From an uncultured Flavobacteriaceae bacterium (GTDB taxonomy: Bacteria > Bacteroidota > Bacteroidia > AKYH767-A > OLB10): 64,000 nucleotides of DNA. How positions within the stretch are numbered: the stretch's first letter is position 1; each line of letters begins with the position of its first letter. This document shows positions 49,601-57,878 of the stretch, in pieces. A program made the translations under genes and the position numbers. The stretch covers positions 1,341 to 65,340 of the forward strand of contig CAYSPG010000017.1 in the NCBI GenBank assembly GCA_964432885.1, written 5' to 3'. The notes below the pieces were generated by a model, which ran no database searches, was not told the origin of the DNA, and worked only from the letters and a program-made list of their open reading frames with translations.

Positions 49601-52600
49601 GCGCTCAAGGTCTATATCAAAATTATTTTTGTCGGGCCACACAGATGTTGCGCTGTTATCACCAAACGGAGAAATTTTTAATGGTATGCGGTACTCGTAA
49701 TAGTTGTCTTTAAAATCGGTTCCTAATCGTATTACTGCATACAAATCTCCATCGGCAGGAACCTGATTAGGATTTACATTTTTAAATGCTTCGGCATGTA
49801 TCACCATTTTTACATGCTTGTAATTACGCATGTCAACCTTTGTCGTTTTATACGCCATACGTAAATCGCCTTCTTTTAATTCGCACATGCGTATTGAAAG
49901 CGATTGCTCGTTTAGCTGTCGCTGATTGGTTGATGTTACATCCACCTCTCGTTCAAAATCAGGAGGCAGTACATAGTTTATCGGGTCGCGGTCGCCATTT
50001 TCTTCAAGCGAAACAGCGCCAACATCAAATGTTGCCGGAGGAACGCAATTAGCACAAAACTGATCGGCCAAATTGTATTCGTATTTCCTCCACTCGCCTC
50101 TTAATAATTCCAATCGTGCAAAGCGCAGTACAATAGGCTTATTAAATCCTTTGGCAAACATGCGTATAAACTTTACCGATTTTAAATCTTCTATCTGTCC
50201 AAATTTTTGGCGGTTAATATCGTTAACCGGAATTTTTATCAAATACCATTTAATGGGTTTTACCGAGTTATTTCTTATGCCATATCCGTTTGATAAATCC
50301 AATACATCAGCCACATAATTTTGTCCAACCTGTAATTGGCCCTGGTCAATTTCTACTTTGTACTGAAAATAATTTTCGTCCACTTCCATACCGTTGGTAC
50401 GGCCCTGCCCCACGCCCACGTCTTCGGCATCGGGCACCTGAGTGGCCGATGAAATAAAATTACCGCCACCGGCAACAGGCGAGTTACCTTCAACACCGTT
50501 AAAATCTTTGTATCGCAATAAAATTCCGGCACCGGCATTATCCAAATCATCGCCACGGAAATAATGATAGTTGTCAGATGATGGGTCGTTTTCAAGTTCG
50601 GTTTTTGGAGTGCCTGTCAATCCGCTAAGCAAATCCAAAAAGTTTGATTTAAAATGTGTGCTTTCATCACCGTCATTAAAACCATCAAGCCCCACATCTT
50701 GTTGGTCGCGGGTGCCTTGGTCGGTGTCAAAAGCATACAGTGTATTTTGCACTGTTGATGAGCGACCCCATACATTGGTGCGAATTTGATTTGCATTGGT
50801 AGCCGAAACCGGTATTCCGTTTTCATAACTTTCAAATCCATCGCGCAAAATATCTTCTGAAATATCACCAAGATTAAAATACAGTTCACCTGAATTATTG
50901 GGGTCGTCATTTGGCACATCGCCATTAAACGGGTCCATCATCCAAAACTGTATGTACTGCACATTGCTTTCTTCAAAATTGTTGGTTTCAAGTTTGCGCA
51001 TAATGCCGGCCCATCTGTCTTGCGGTTGTAAAAGCTTTCCTGTTGTTGAATCGGTGCCGCCTGATATGCTTGTTCCTGTTGCATCATAATTATACGGGCC
51101 GCGCTCGTCAGGATAGTAAGATAAATTAAGCACCTGCATGCTTGGTATTTGTCCTTGTGCATATTCGCGGTTAGGAAATAATTCGCGCTCGCTTATTTCG
51201 CGCACGTTGTGGTTGCTAAGTTCATCATCCGAAATTCCGGCAGGTGCACTGTTGCGATAAAACACAGTAGGATCAATACCATACCATGCAAGCTTGGCGC
51301 GATTGTATCCGTAGCCCAATGTGTCGCCACTTGCTGCCACATAATCAAACTCAGGGAAAATAGCAGATTGAAAACGGGGAACAGAAGATAAAAACCATGT
51401 TGATGGCGTTTTAATATCAATGGTGGATTGTGTTCCTTCAAAATCATCAATGTATGCATTACCTTTTTTGCCAATAGCTTTTGAGTGGCCGGGTTTTAAA
51501 TAGGCAAACTCACCCACCAATGATACTGACGATTTTTCTTTTGTGTCAATAAACGGAAGCTTGTCAACCAACTTGGTAATAAAACGTGAATCGGTTTTGT
51601 ACGTACCGTCAATTCCAAAAATGGAGTTTGAAATAGGTTCGTCACCAATGTTTACTTTTTGTGTGATGGGGCGTTCGTTTAAGTGCAAATAAGTTCCGCC
51701 CAATGTAAAGTCTTTGCTGAATTTGTAATCAATGCGCGTGCCTAAAAGTGTTTTTGATTGTATAGCAAAAAGCGAATTGCTTTCTAACGAAACCTGAATA
51801 GGCGTAGCAGAATTTAATACCGATGAATTGATAATTTTTACGCGACCTAAGTTGTAGTCAACTGTGTAATCCTGATTTTCGACAAGCGGAGTACCACCGG
51901 CAGTAACTTTTACCGAGCCTTGCGGAATGTTAATGGCGTTTAACGAAATTTCGGAACCGGATGAGCTTTGGTAAGAGCCTTTAAGTGTAAACTTGTTTTT
52001 TCCCTGTGCAAGGGCAATGGTTTTGGTGGAGTCGTACAACTCGTTAAAAATATATTTATCGGCAGTGGTTTGGTTTACAAACTTGGCTTGCAGATAACGG
52101 CCAAAGGGTTCAACACATGGAAAAATAATGCGGCCACTGTTGCTGTTTACAGTAAGCCCTTCGGTATAATCAAACACACCGTCACCAAATTGTGTGGCAT
52201 CGCCTTGCGAGTTTAGGTTATCTAAATTTAAAATGCGGATAAGCGATTTGCCTGATATGTTTGGCTCATTGCTTCCTTCGGGCAGTTGGCGTATGTAATT
52301 TCCGGCAGCGTTATCGTAATACAAAACATCAAGCCTGAATTTATCGCGCGAAATTTGAAACGAGTTAAGGTTGTAAACGTTTTTCATCATCAGCTTCCAT
52401 GTATCAAGCGTGGTATTGTAATTGCGGCCGCGCAAAAGTTTTACAATTAAAAGATTGGGAGCTTCGATACCCGAGGTGGTTAACTCGCCCACACGATACA
52501 CTTTGTTGCCAACGGTATATTCAAACGCTACGGCAAGAGCCTGGTCGTTTCTTAATTCGGAGTTTAGCGATACGTAACCCAGCCTTTCGTTATAGGTAAA

Positions 52601-53968
52601 TTCGGTTGGCGATAATTTTTTTGCGTTTGTAATTATCTCATAATCCTGTTGCGGTGCAAAGTTGTAAAGCGAAGCCAGCGGATCTAATGTTGATGATGCA
52701 GTGGTTAATCCGCGTACACCGGGATAATTGCGTAACAGTTTTGAGTAAAGATTATTGGATAACGAATCGGAAGGATAAACAGATGAACCCTGGCCAACAA
52801 ATAAATTAGAGTACGGATTGTACTCGCCCAAATCCTGAAGGGCAACAAGGTTGCGTGTGTTATCAGTGGTATTAAAATTTACCTGTGTTACCCACACTTC
52901 AATTTTGGTAATGTTGATGGGAGTAACTATTGTGGGCAGGCGGCTTAATGCTTCATCATAATGTTCGCGAAAGTATTGTGCAATGTAAAAGTGGCGGTTG
53001 GCTTCGTACTGGTCGGCAGGAATTTCGAAGTTGGTTATTTGACCTCCGCCCGGTGGAACATTAATGGTGGATGCCTGCCCTTTTTGTTGCGAGAAGATGG
53101 AGGTTACAGCCATGCGGCCAAACTGCAATTGAGTTTTTATTCCAAACAAACTTTGGCTTCCGGTAATAAGTGTGCTGTTAAGCGGCAGGCTTACGTTACC
53201 GGCTTCTATCTTCCTTATAATCTCGTCTTCGTAACCGGTGTATTCAAGTTTCATTTGGTTTTCGAAATCAAAACTTGCTTCGGTATTGTAGTTTACGCTT
53301 AGTTTTAATTTGTCGCCAATGTTTCCAATTACGTTCATTTGAATTTCCATGTCGAAATCAAAATTGGAATTGCGCCTTTGCTTTTCAGGAATCTGCGGAT
53401 TGTTAATTTTATTTATCTGTACACCAAAGCGCAACTTGGCCGAACCCTGCGGGCGAATGTCAATGGTGTTGCCGCCAAATATTCTATCAAAGCCTTCGCC
53501 ACCTACATATATTTTGGGGATAAGCGGTTTTCGTGTTATGGCATCTTCGCCTTCTGACCGTTCGCGCCAGTATTTTTTTGTTGACTTTTTAAATTCATCT
53601 TCTTTAAACTCTTCAAACGTCATGTAACTTGGGTTGCGAAAAAATTCGCTGCCCATGCTTTCGGTAATATCGTACTCGCGTGTTTCGGGATTGTATTCAA
53701 CACTTGAGTTTATGTTTGATGGGTCGGTGCCATAAAGGGGGCTTTCATCGTATTTGTTAGAATACCTGTCGGTAAGCCTGTCGTGAAACGGATACGGAAG
53801 TTTGGATGTATCTTTTTTGGTAGTGTCTTCGGGAAACGGGGCTGTTACGGTTCCGGTTAAATCATTGTAAGGCGAAAACGAAGAAGGGCTGCCGCCTCCG
53901 CTATTGTAAAAAAACGGAAAGGCAAAAACACTTAATGTGGTATATGTGAGTAAACGAGTACCTGTCAA
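46628..53968 (-). CDS. sprA: T9SS translocon / gliding motility protein SprA (Sov)
   Basis: 2446 aa, with the characteristic N-terminus (LLTYTTLSVFAFPFFY...) and the giant beta-rich outer-membrane protein organisation. It is flanked by ruvA as I recall for Flavobacterium. Confidence 0.9.
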   Translation of the reverse strand: MTGTRLLTYTTLSVFAFPFFYNSGGGSPSSFSPYNDLTGTVTAPFPEDTTKKDTSKLPYPFHDRLTDRYSNKYDESPLYGTDPSNINSSVEYNPETREYDITESMGSEFFRNPSYMTFEEFKEDEFKKSTKKYWRERSEGEDAITRKPLIPKIYVGGEGFDRIFGGNTIDIRPQGSAKLRFGVQINKINNPQIPEKQRRNSNFDFDMEIQMNVIGNIGDKLKLSVNYNTEASFDFENQMKLEYTGYEDEIIRKIEAGNVSLPLNSTLITGSQSLFGIKTQLQFGRMAVTSIFSQQKGQASTINVPPGGGQITNFEIPADQYEANRHFYIAQYFREHYDEALSRLPTIVTPINITKIEVWVTQVNFNTTDNTRNLVALQDLGEYNPYSNLFVGQGSSVYPSDSLSNNLYSKLLRNYPGVRGLTTASSTLDPLASLYNFAPQQDYEIITNAKKLSPTEFTYNERLGYVSLNSELRNDQALAVAFEYTVGNKVYRVGELTTSGIEAPNLLIVKLLRGRNYNTTLDTWKLMMKNVYNLNSFQISRDKFRLDVLYYDNAAGNYIRQLPEGSNEPNISGKSLIRILNLDNLNSQGDATQFGDGVFDYTEGLTVNSNSGRIIFPCVEPFGRYLQAKFVNQTTADKYIFNELYDSTKTIALAQGKNKFTLKGSYQSSSGSEISLNAINIPQGSVKVTAGGTPLVENQDYTVDYNLGRVKIINSSVLNSATPIQVSLESNSLFAIQSKTLLGTRIDYKFSKDFTLGGTYLHLNERPITQKVNIGDEPISNSIFGIDGTYKTDSRFITKLVDKLPFIDTKEKSSVSLVGEFAYLKPGHSKAIGKKGNAYIDDFEGTQSTIDIKTPSTWFLSSVPRFQSAIFPEFDYVAASGDTLGYGYNRAKLAWYGIDPTVFYRNSAPAGISDDELSNHNVREISERELFPNREYAQGQIPSMQVLNLSYYPDERGPYNYDATGTSISGGTDSTTGKLLQPQDRWAGIMRKLETNNFEESNVQYIQFWMMDPFNGDVPNDDPNNSGELYFNLGDISEDILRDGFESYENGIPVSATNANQIRTNVWGRSSTVQNTLYAFDTDQGTRDQQDVGLDGFNDGDESTHFKSNFLDLLSGLTGTPKTELENDPSSDNYHYFRGDDLDNAGAGILLRYKDFNGVEGNSPVAGGGNFISSATQVPDAEDVGVGQGRTNGMEVDENYFQYKVEIDQGQLQVGQNYVADVLDLSNGYGIRNNSVKPIKWYLIKIPVNDINRQKFGQIEDLKSVKFIRMFAKGFNKPIVLRFARLELLRGEWRKYEYNLADQFCANCVPPATFDVGAVSLEENGDRDPINYVLPPDFEREVDVTSTNQRQLNEQSLSIRMCELKEGDLRMAYKTTKVDMRNYKHVKMVIHAEAFKNVNPNQVPADGDLYAVIRLGTDFKDNYYEYRIPLKISPFGDNSATSVWPDKNNFDIDLERLTQAKLNRNNAGTSFTMEYSEKDGDNLIYIKGNPTLSEVKTMMLGVWNPAEPFEPNPNTNDLCVEVWFNEFRMSEFSEKGGWATVARAQVKLADLGNVSLSGGHSTHGFGSLESKISERTKEDVTNYDVATSLELGKFLPASTGITVPLYFGYGEVFSNPQYDPLDPDIEFDRSLNSINDAGRKSTRKRISQDYTRRKSLNFTNVKKNKTGKNASKSRIYDVENLNFTYGYTEVYRRNITTEFDMQKDYLGAIGYNFNTNPKGITPFAKLKGKSKYLKPIKDFNFNLIPASFNFRWDVMRHLGETQLRDITNADAIIPATYDKNFTMGRQYGLSWDITKSIKFEFNANNQGKIDEPEGKLDTEAKKDSVRKNFWAMGRNIDYMHDGSLSYNLPLNKIPLTDWINVNARYGATYHWNASPLIANQQSGSYNLNTALGNTIQNSNTKQLNNSLNMTTLYNKFKFYKKITAPPKPKEKKPKAEPKPKAATDSLANDTSKVKTPKPPVKKKEKEYSQAFKTVAKIFFGLKNVSVNWSETNGMLLPGFTKQSEILGQNWYKDGGSTRGAPGFAFTMGDQDGGIRQRAARSGWLTIDTTFNSQFTRTYQENVTGRASIEPLQGLVIDLNASRNYSKNISENFHVTGAGEYKDFGHTEGGNFSMSYFTWNTAFIKDRKDYSSSIFETFAANRRIISERLAAEKSFSSGLDSAGYNDGYGATQQDVIILSFLAAYTKKNASTSSLDMFPKIPKPNWTVRYDGLSKLPLFKNIFQNITLNHGYRSTYNVSAFTTDVSYVAGGNVRDQVNNFIPGRQIAGVTLSEQFSPLIGVDITWKNKKNNSAPAKRGSVSSGGGGNITTRVEFKRDRNISLALAGIQVTEVKGKELTIGAGYRIPNVKLPFKALRNITSRKSNDLNITLDFSIRKNTTVLRKLVENTNQPTAGLTVITIDTKADYTLNERLNISLYFKKTINTPVISTSYPSATTLAGIEIRFTLSQ

Positions 53969-54111
53969 AGCGGTTTGGTATTTGGTGTAATCAGGATAAT
54001 GTGTATCAAAAAAATTTTCCGGCTAAAAATAAGACAAATTAATCAATTTGAGGTTCATGGTTGATGGTTGATTTCGGTTTATAGTTTTAATGCCTTCTCA
54101 CTATTCACATC

Positions 54112-54699
54112 TCACAAATTCTTTAAAGCCATTTTAATTAACTCTTCAACAGAATTTTCGGTCTGTGTGTTTTTAATAATTTTATCTAATTCTTTTTCGG
54201 CTGCGGTGCGGTTAAATCCTAAAGTTAATAAAGCACTTAACGCTTGATTTTTATTTGTATTGTGAGATTTCTGAAAAATTATTCCCGTAGTGTCGGTTTT
54301 TGAGGCTTTGTCTTTTAGGTCAACTATAATGCGCTGTGCCGTTTTTTCACCAATGCCTTTTACTTTTTTAAATAAGGCAACATTGGCAGTGGCAATGCCT
54401 TCGTAAATTTCTGTGGCACTAAGTGACGACAGTAATACCATGGCACTATTGCCTCCCACACCCGAAACCGATACCAGCAGGCGAAACAGTTTTCGCTCAT
54501 CGGCAGTGGCAAAACCGTAGCTGCGCGGCAGGTCATCGCGCACATAAATTTGTTCGGTAAACAGCTTTTGGCTGGCCCCTTCTGTTAATCCCGAAAATGT
54601 GGTAAGCGAAATAGCCAGCGAGTAGCCAATGCCACCGCTTTCGATAACTGCATGTGTAGGTGTAAGGGTGGTTATTTTACCTTGTATATAGTCAAGCAC
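54112..54699 (-). CDS. ruvA: Holliday junction branch migration protein RuvA
   Basis: GTG start. MLDYIQGKI...GGIGY. Two HhH motifs. C-terminal domain III. 195 aa. Confidence 0.9.
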   Translation of the reverse strand: MLDYIQGKITTLTPTHAVIESGGIGYSLAISLTTFSGLTEGASQKLFTEQIYVRDDLPRSYGFATADERKLFRLLVSVSGVGGNSAMVLLSSLSATEIYEGIATANVALFKKVKGIGEKTAQRIIVDLKDKASKTDTTGIIFQKSHNTNKNQALSALLTLGFNRTAAEKELDKIIKNTQTENSVEELIKMALKNL

Positions 54700-54925
54700 T
54701 GCTAATTATTTTTTTAAGGTTTGAGGTGGTGAGGCAAGGCGCAAAAGCCATTAGATGTGGTAAAAGATGGTATAAGAAATACTTAAAAGGTGTTTACGTT
54801 TTTGCAACGCTGCCTTGGGCGGATGAACTATTTTTAAAATATAAATTTAAACTGCCTCAAAGATAAAATATATAAACAACTCCAAAACGGCATTTTTTTG
54901 CTTTTACTCCTTAGGTGTTATAACA

Positions 54926-55021
54926 CGAGGCTGGAGCCTCGCGCTTACGGAGTTATTCAAGTTTAATCCCTGCAGGCCTTCGGGATTTCTTAACTTAAGG
55001 GCAGTGGCCTCTCGCTTACGG
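54926..55021. repeat. Intergenic pair of direct repeats (GCCTCNCGCTTACGG, 14/15 identical, 71 bp apart), each preceded by a hairpin-capable sequence
   Basis: Copy A is at 54936-54950 with the hairpin CGAGGCT-GG-AGCCTCG at 54926-54941. Copy B is at 55007-55021 with AATCCC...GGGATT at 54965-54987. Copy B abuts the stop codon of the sigma-54 activator. Confidence 0.5.
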
Positions 55022-56377
55022 TTAATCGTGTTTTTCGCGATTAAGGAGGCGGTAAATTGTACTTTTTCCGATGCCTAATTTTTGCGCGGCTTCAATAACA
55101 TTGTTATTGCACTTTTCAAGATAATGAAGGATTATTTTTTTTTCGTACTGCTCAAGTGTCATTCCCTGCGAAAGCAATTCGCCACTCAAATCTCCTTCGC
55201 TAAAAATTATGTCATCGGCATGTATGCTGTCATCGTTAGACATTACGGTGGCAAGTTCGATAACCGACTTTAGTTCGCGCACATTGCCCGGATAATTGTA
55301 CTGGAGAAGTTTTTGTTGCGCATCGGCAGTAAGCTGTTTAATGCCGGTTGAATTTTCTTTCGAAAAATTTTCAATAAAAAACTTTGCAAGCAACACAATG
55401 TCCTTATCGCGTTCGCGCAAAGGCGGAAGTTTTATCTGCAAGCCATACAAGCGATAGTATAAATCTTCGCGAAAGCGATGCTGCTTAACTTCATCGGTAA
55501 GGTTGCGGTGCGTGGCAACGATGATGCGTGTGTTTATTTTTATGGTTTTGTTTGAGCCTACACGCACCACTTCTTTTTCCTGCAACACGCGAAGTAGCTT
55601 TGCCTGAAGCGACAAGTCAAGCTCTGCAATTTCATCAAGAAAAAGTGTGCCTCCGTTTGATTCTTCAAACTTGCCAATACGCTCGGTCATGGCACCTGTA
55701 AAGGAGCCTTTTTCATGGCCAAACAGTTCGGACTCGGCAAGTTCTTTGGGAATGGCAGCCATGTTTACCGCCACAAACGGGCCTTTTTTTAATACCGAGT
55801 TATAGTGTATGGCTTTGGCAACTTCTTCTTTTCCGGTGCCGGTTTCGCCCGTAATTACTGTGGTTATGTTTGACGAAATGGCTTTTTCAATGAGCGAAAA
55901 AATTTTTTTAAAGTTTTCGCTTTTGCCAATCAGGCGTTTTTGAAAATCATATTTTTTTTCAACTTCTTTCTCGAGCAGTGCAATTTTTTTCTTTAATGCC
56001 TGTTGCTGTTTAATTTTCTCAACTGTGTTTAACAGCTTATCGCGAATATCTTTAGACTTAACAAAGTAATCGTATGCGCCCTGCTTAAGCAGTTCAAGTG
56101 CAGTGTCAATTTTATCCTGTTCGGATATGATGATGGCATCGGCATCGGGCAACTGCTCTTTTATTTTGGCAAGCAGCGTGGCCCCATCGGTATCGGGCAG
56201 GCGGTAATCAAGTGTTATTATATCGGGATTTTGGTGAAGGTTTTTTAACACGTCTTTTCCAGATTTAAAAGCCTTTACCTCATGGTCGGGGTTCATGGCA
56301 AGTATATATGTTAAAAATTCGCTATACCACTCGTCATCTTCAACCACAAAAATTTTAAATACGCCCTGCGTTGCCAT
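55022..56377 (-). CDS. Sigma-54-dependent response regulator (NtrC/Fis family: receiver + AAA+ + HTH)
   Basis: Receiver domain with a DD pair and phospho-acceptor Asp (LDYRLPD). Walker A GETGTGKE. GAFTGA motif variant GSFTGA. C-terminal Fis-type HTH. Confidence 0.9.
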   Translation of the reverse strand: MATQGVFKIFVVEDDEWYSEFLTYILAMNPDHEVKAFKSGKDVLKNLHQNPDIITLDYRLPDTDGATLLAKIKEQLPDADAIIISEQDKIDTALELLKQGAYDYFVKSKDIRDKLLNTVEKIKQQQALKKKIALLEKEVEKKYDFQKRLIGKSENFKKIFSLIEKAISSNITTVITGETGTGKEEVAKAIHYNSVLKKGPFVAVNMAAIPKELAESELFGHEKGSFTGAMTERIGKFEESNGGTLFLDEIAELDLSLQAKLLRVLQEKEVVRVGSNKTIKINTRIIVATHRNLTDEVKQHRFREDLYYRLYGLQIKLPPLRERDKDIVLLAKFFIENFSKENSTGIKQLTADAQQKLLQYNYPGNVRELKSVIELATVMSNDDSIHADDIIFSEGDLSGELLSQGMTLEQYEKKIILHYLEKCNNNVIEAAQKLGIGKSTIYRLLNREKHD

Positions 56378-56395
56378 GGTGCAAAGAAAATTAAA

Positions 56396-57610
56396 TTAAT
56401 AAAACCTGCTTAGTAACCTGGTTGATGTAATCCATGAAGCTATGGCACCAATAATAAATACAATGCAAAACACATATATAAAATCCATTGCCTGTATGCT
56501 TACCGGATATGCGTCAACAATAAAAGCTTCGGCATTGCCAAGTTTTATGATTCCAAACTTTTGCTGCGCAAAGCAAATAGCCCACCCCAGTGTTAAGCCT
56601 GTTACAATTCCAATCAGGGTAATTAATATGCCCTGGGTAAAAAAAATACTTCGTATAAGTTTAAACGTTGCGCCTAAGTTTTTTAGTGTTTTAATATCTT
56701 CCTTTTTTTCGACCACCAGCATGGTAAGCGTGCCCAGTATATTAAATATGCCAATTACCATAATAAAACTAAGTATTAAAAATACAGCCCATTTTTCGGA
56801 CTTTAAAATTTTGTTTAGCAACTCATGCTGTTCAATGCGTGTTTTTACATCGTAGTTTTTTCCAAGCATTGCCGCAAGCTTTTCTTTTATTTCATCTTCA
56901 TCGGCATTTGGATTAAGCCCTATTTCGATGGCCGAAATTTTTTGTTCATCGCCAAGCAAGTTGTGGATAAACGAAAGCGGCACCAATATGTACTTTGAGT
57001 CAAAATCCTGTTGAATTGAAAAAACCCCTCCCGTATTTATCAAAGCATTTTTAAAAACTTCTTCGGGCAGCAACACATTGCCTGCATTTTTATCAGGCAC
57101 ATAAACCGACAGTGGCGACATGGCAGCCTGCAAGTTAAGTGATAGCCCATAGGCAATGCCTGCTCCCGCAATGGCAAAACTGTTTTGGCCATCGGTAAGA
57201 AGTGCGCTGCCATCAATAATTTTTTTTTCAATGTTGTTTACTTTTAAAAAGTTGCTGTCAACACCTTTTAGCGTGGCAATAAACTGACGGTCGTTACACT
57301 TTACCAACGCATTTTCTTCGCGCGTAAGCGAAACAGATTTAACGCCTCCGGTTTGTTTTATCTGGTTAAGTATGTTTTGGTCAGAATTAAAAGTTTTTCC
57401 AACGTGTGCTGTAATTTTAATGTCGGGGTCAAACGAATTGTAAAGCGAGGTAACCAAATCGCCAAAGCCATTAAACACACTAAGCACAGTAACCAAAGCC
57501 ATGGAGCCAACAAACACACCCATTACCGACACCAATGAAATGATGTTGATGATGTTGTGCGATTTTTTTCCGAGCAGGTATCGCTTTGCAATTTTTAATG
57601 AGAGGTTCAT
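56396..57610 (-). CDS. FtsX-like ABC permease of the LolC/LolE (lipoprotein-releasing) type
   Basis: MNLSLKIAKRYLLGKK start. 4-TM FtsX architecture with a large periplasmic loop. No ATPase is adjacent. Confidence 0.8.
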   Translation of the reverse strand: MNLSLKIAKRYLLGKKSHNIINIISLVSVMGVFVGSMALVTVLSVFNGFGDLVTSLYNSFDPDIKITAHVGKTFNSDQNILNQIKQTGGVKSVSLTREENALVKCNDRQFIATLKGVDSNFLKVNNIEKKIIDGSALLTDGQNSFAIAGAGIAYGLSLNLQAAMSPLSVYVPDKNAGNVLLPEEVFKNALINTGGVFSIQQDFDSKYILVPLSFIHNLLGDEQKISAIEIGLNPNADEDEIKEKLAAMLGKNYDVKTRIEQHELLNKILKSEKWAVFLILSFIMVIGIFNILGTLTMLVVEKKEDIKTLKNLGATFKLIRSIFFTQGILITLIGIVTGLTLGWAICFAQQKFGIIKLGNAEAFIVDAYPVSIQAMDFIYVFCIVFIIGAIASWITSTRLLSRFY

Positions 57611-57724
57611 TTACACATTATGCACATTAGCTAAAGTGAAAAAAGCATTTTTTATAAAAATAAATTGCGCTTAAAAAAACCAGCATGCACCTGCAAACAA
57701 AACCGAAATTAAAACCAAACCTGT

Positions 57725-57868
57725 TTAGTTATTACTAAACTGCTCTTTAATTTTTGCTATGCGTGCTTTGGTTTCTTCAAAAGTGCGCGCTCGCAATTTC
57801 GAAATTTTTTCAACTTCGGTTTTGATATCGGTTGATGTATTGGCTTTTATTTGGTTATTGGTTGACAT
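57725..57868 (-). CDS. Small hypothetical protein (47 aa counted from the internal Met)
   Basis: Only a short charged, helical ORF. The upstream Met would overlap the preceding gene by 32 bp. This is weak support. Confidence 0.2.
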   Translation of the reverse strand: MSTNNQIKANTSTDIKTEVEKISKLRARTFEETKARIAKIKEQFSNN

Positions 57869-57878
57869 TGTGCTTTGG

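Noticed and set aside
46767-53627. Many 60-110-aa ORFs on the plus strand inside the sprA region
   Set aside because: They are antisense to a 2446-aa gene with clear family identity. They have no motifs and are low-complexity, so they are spurious.
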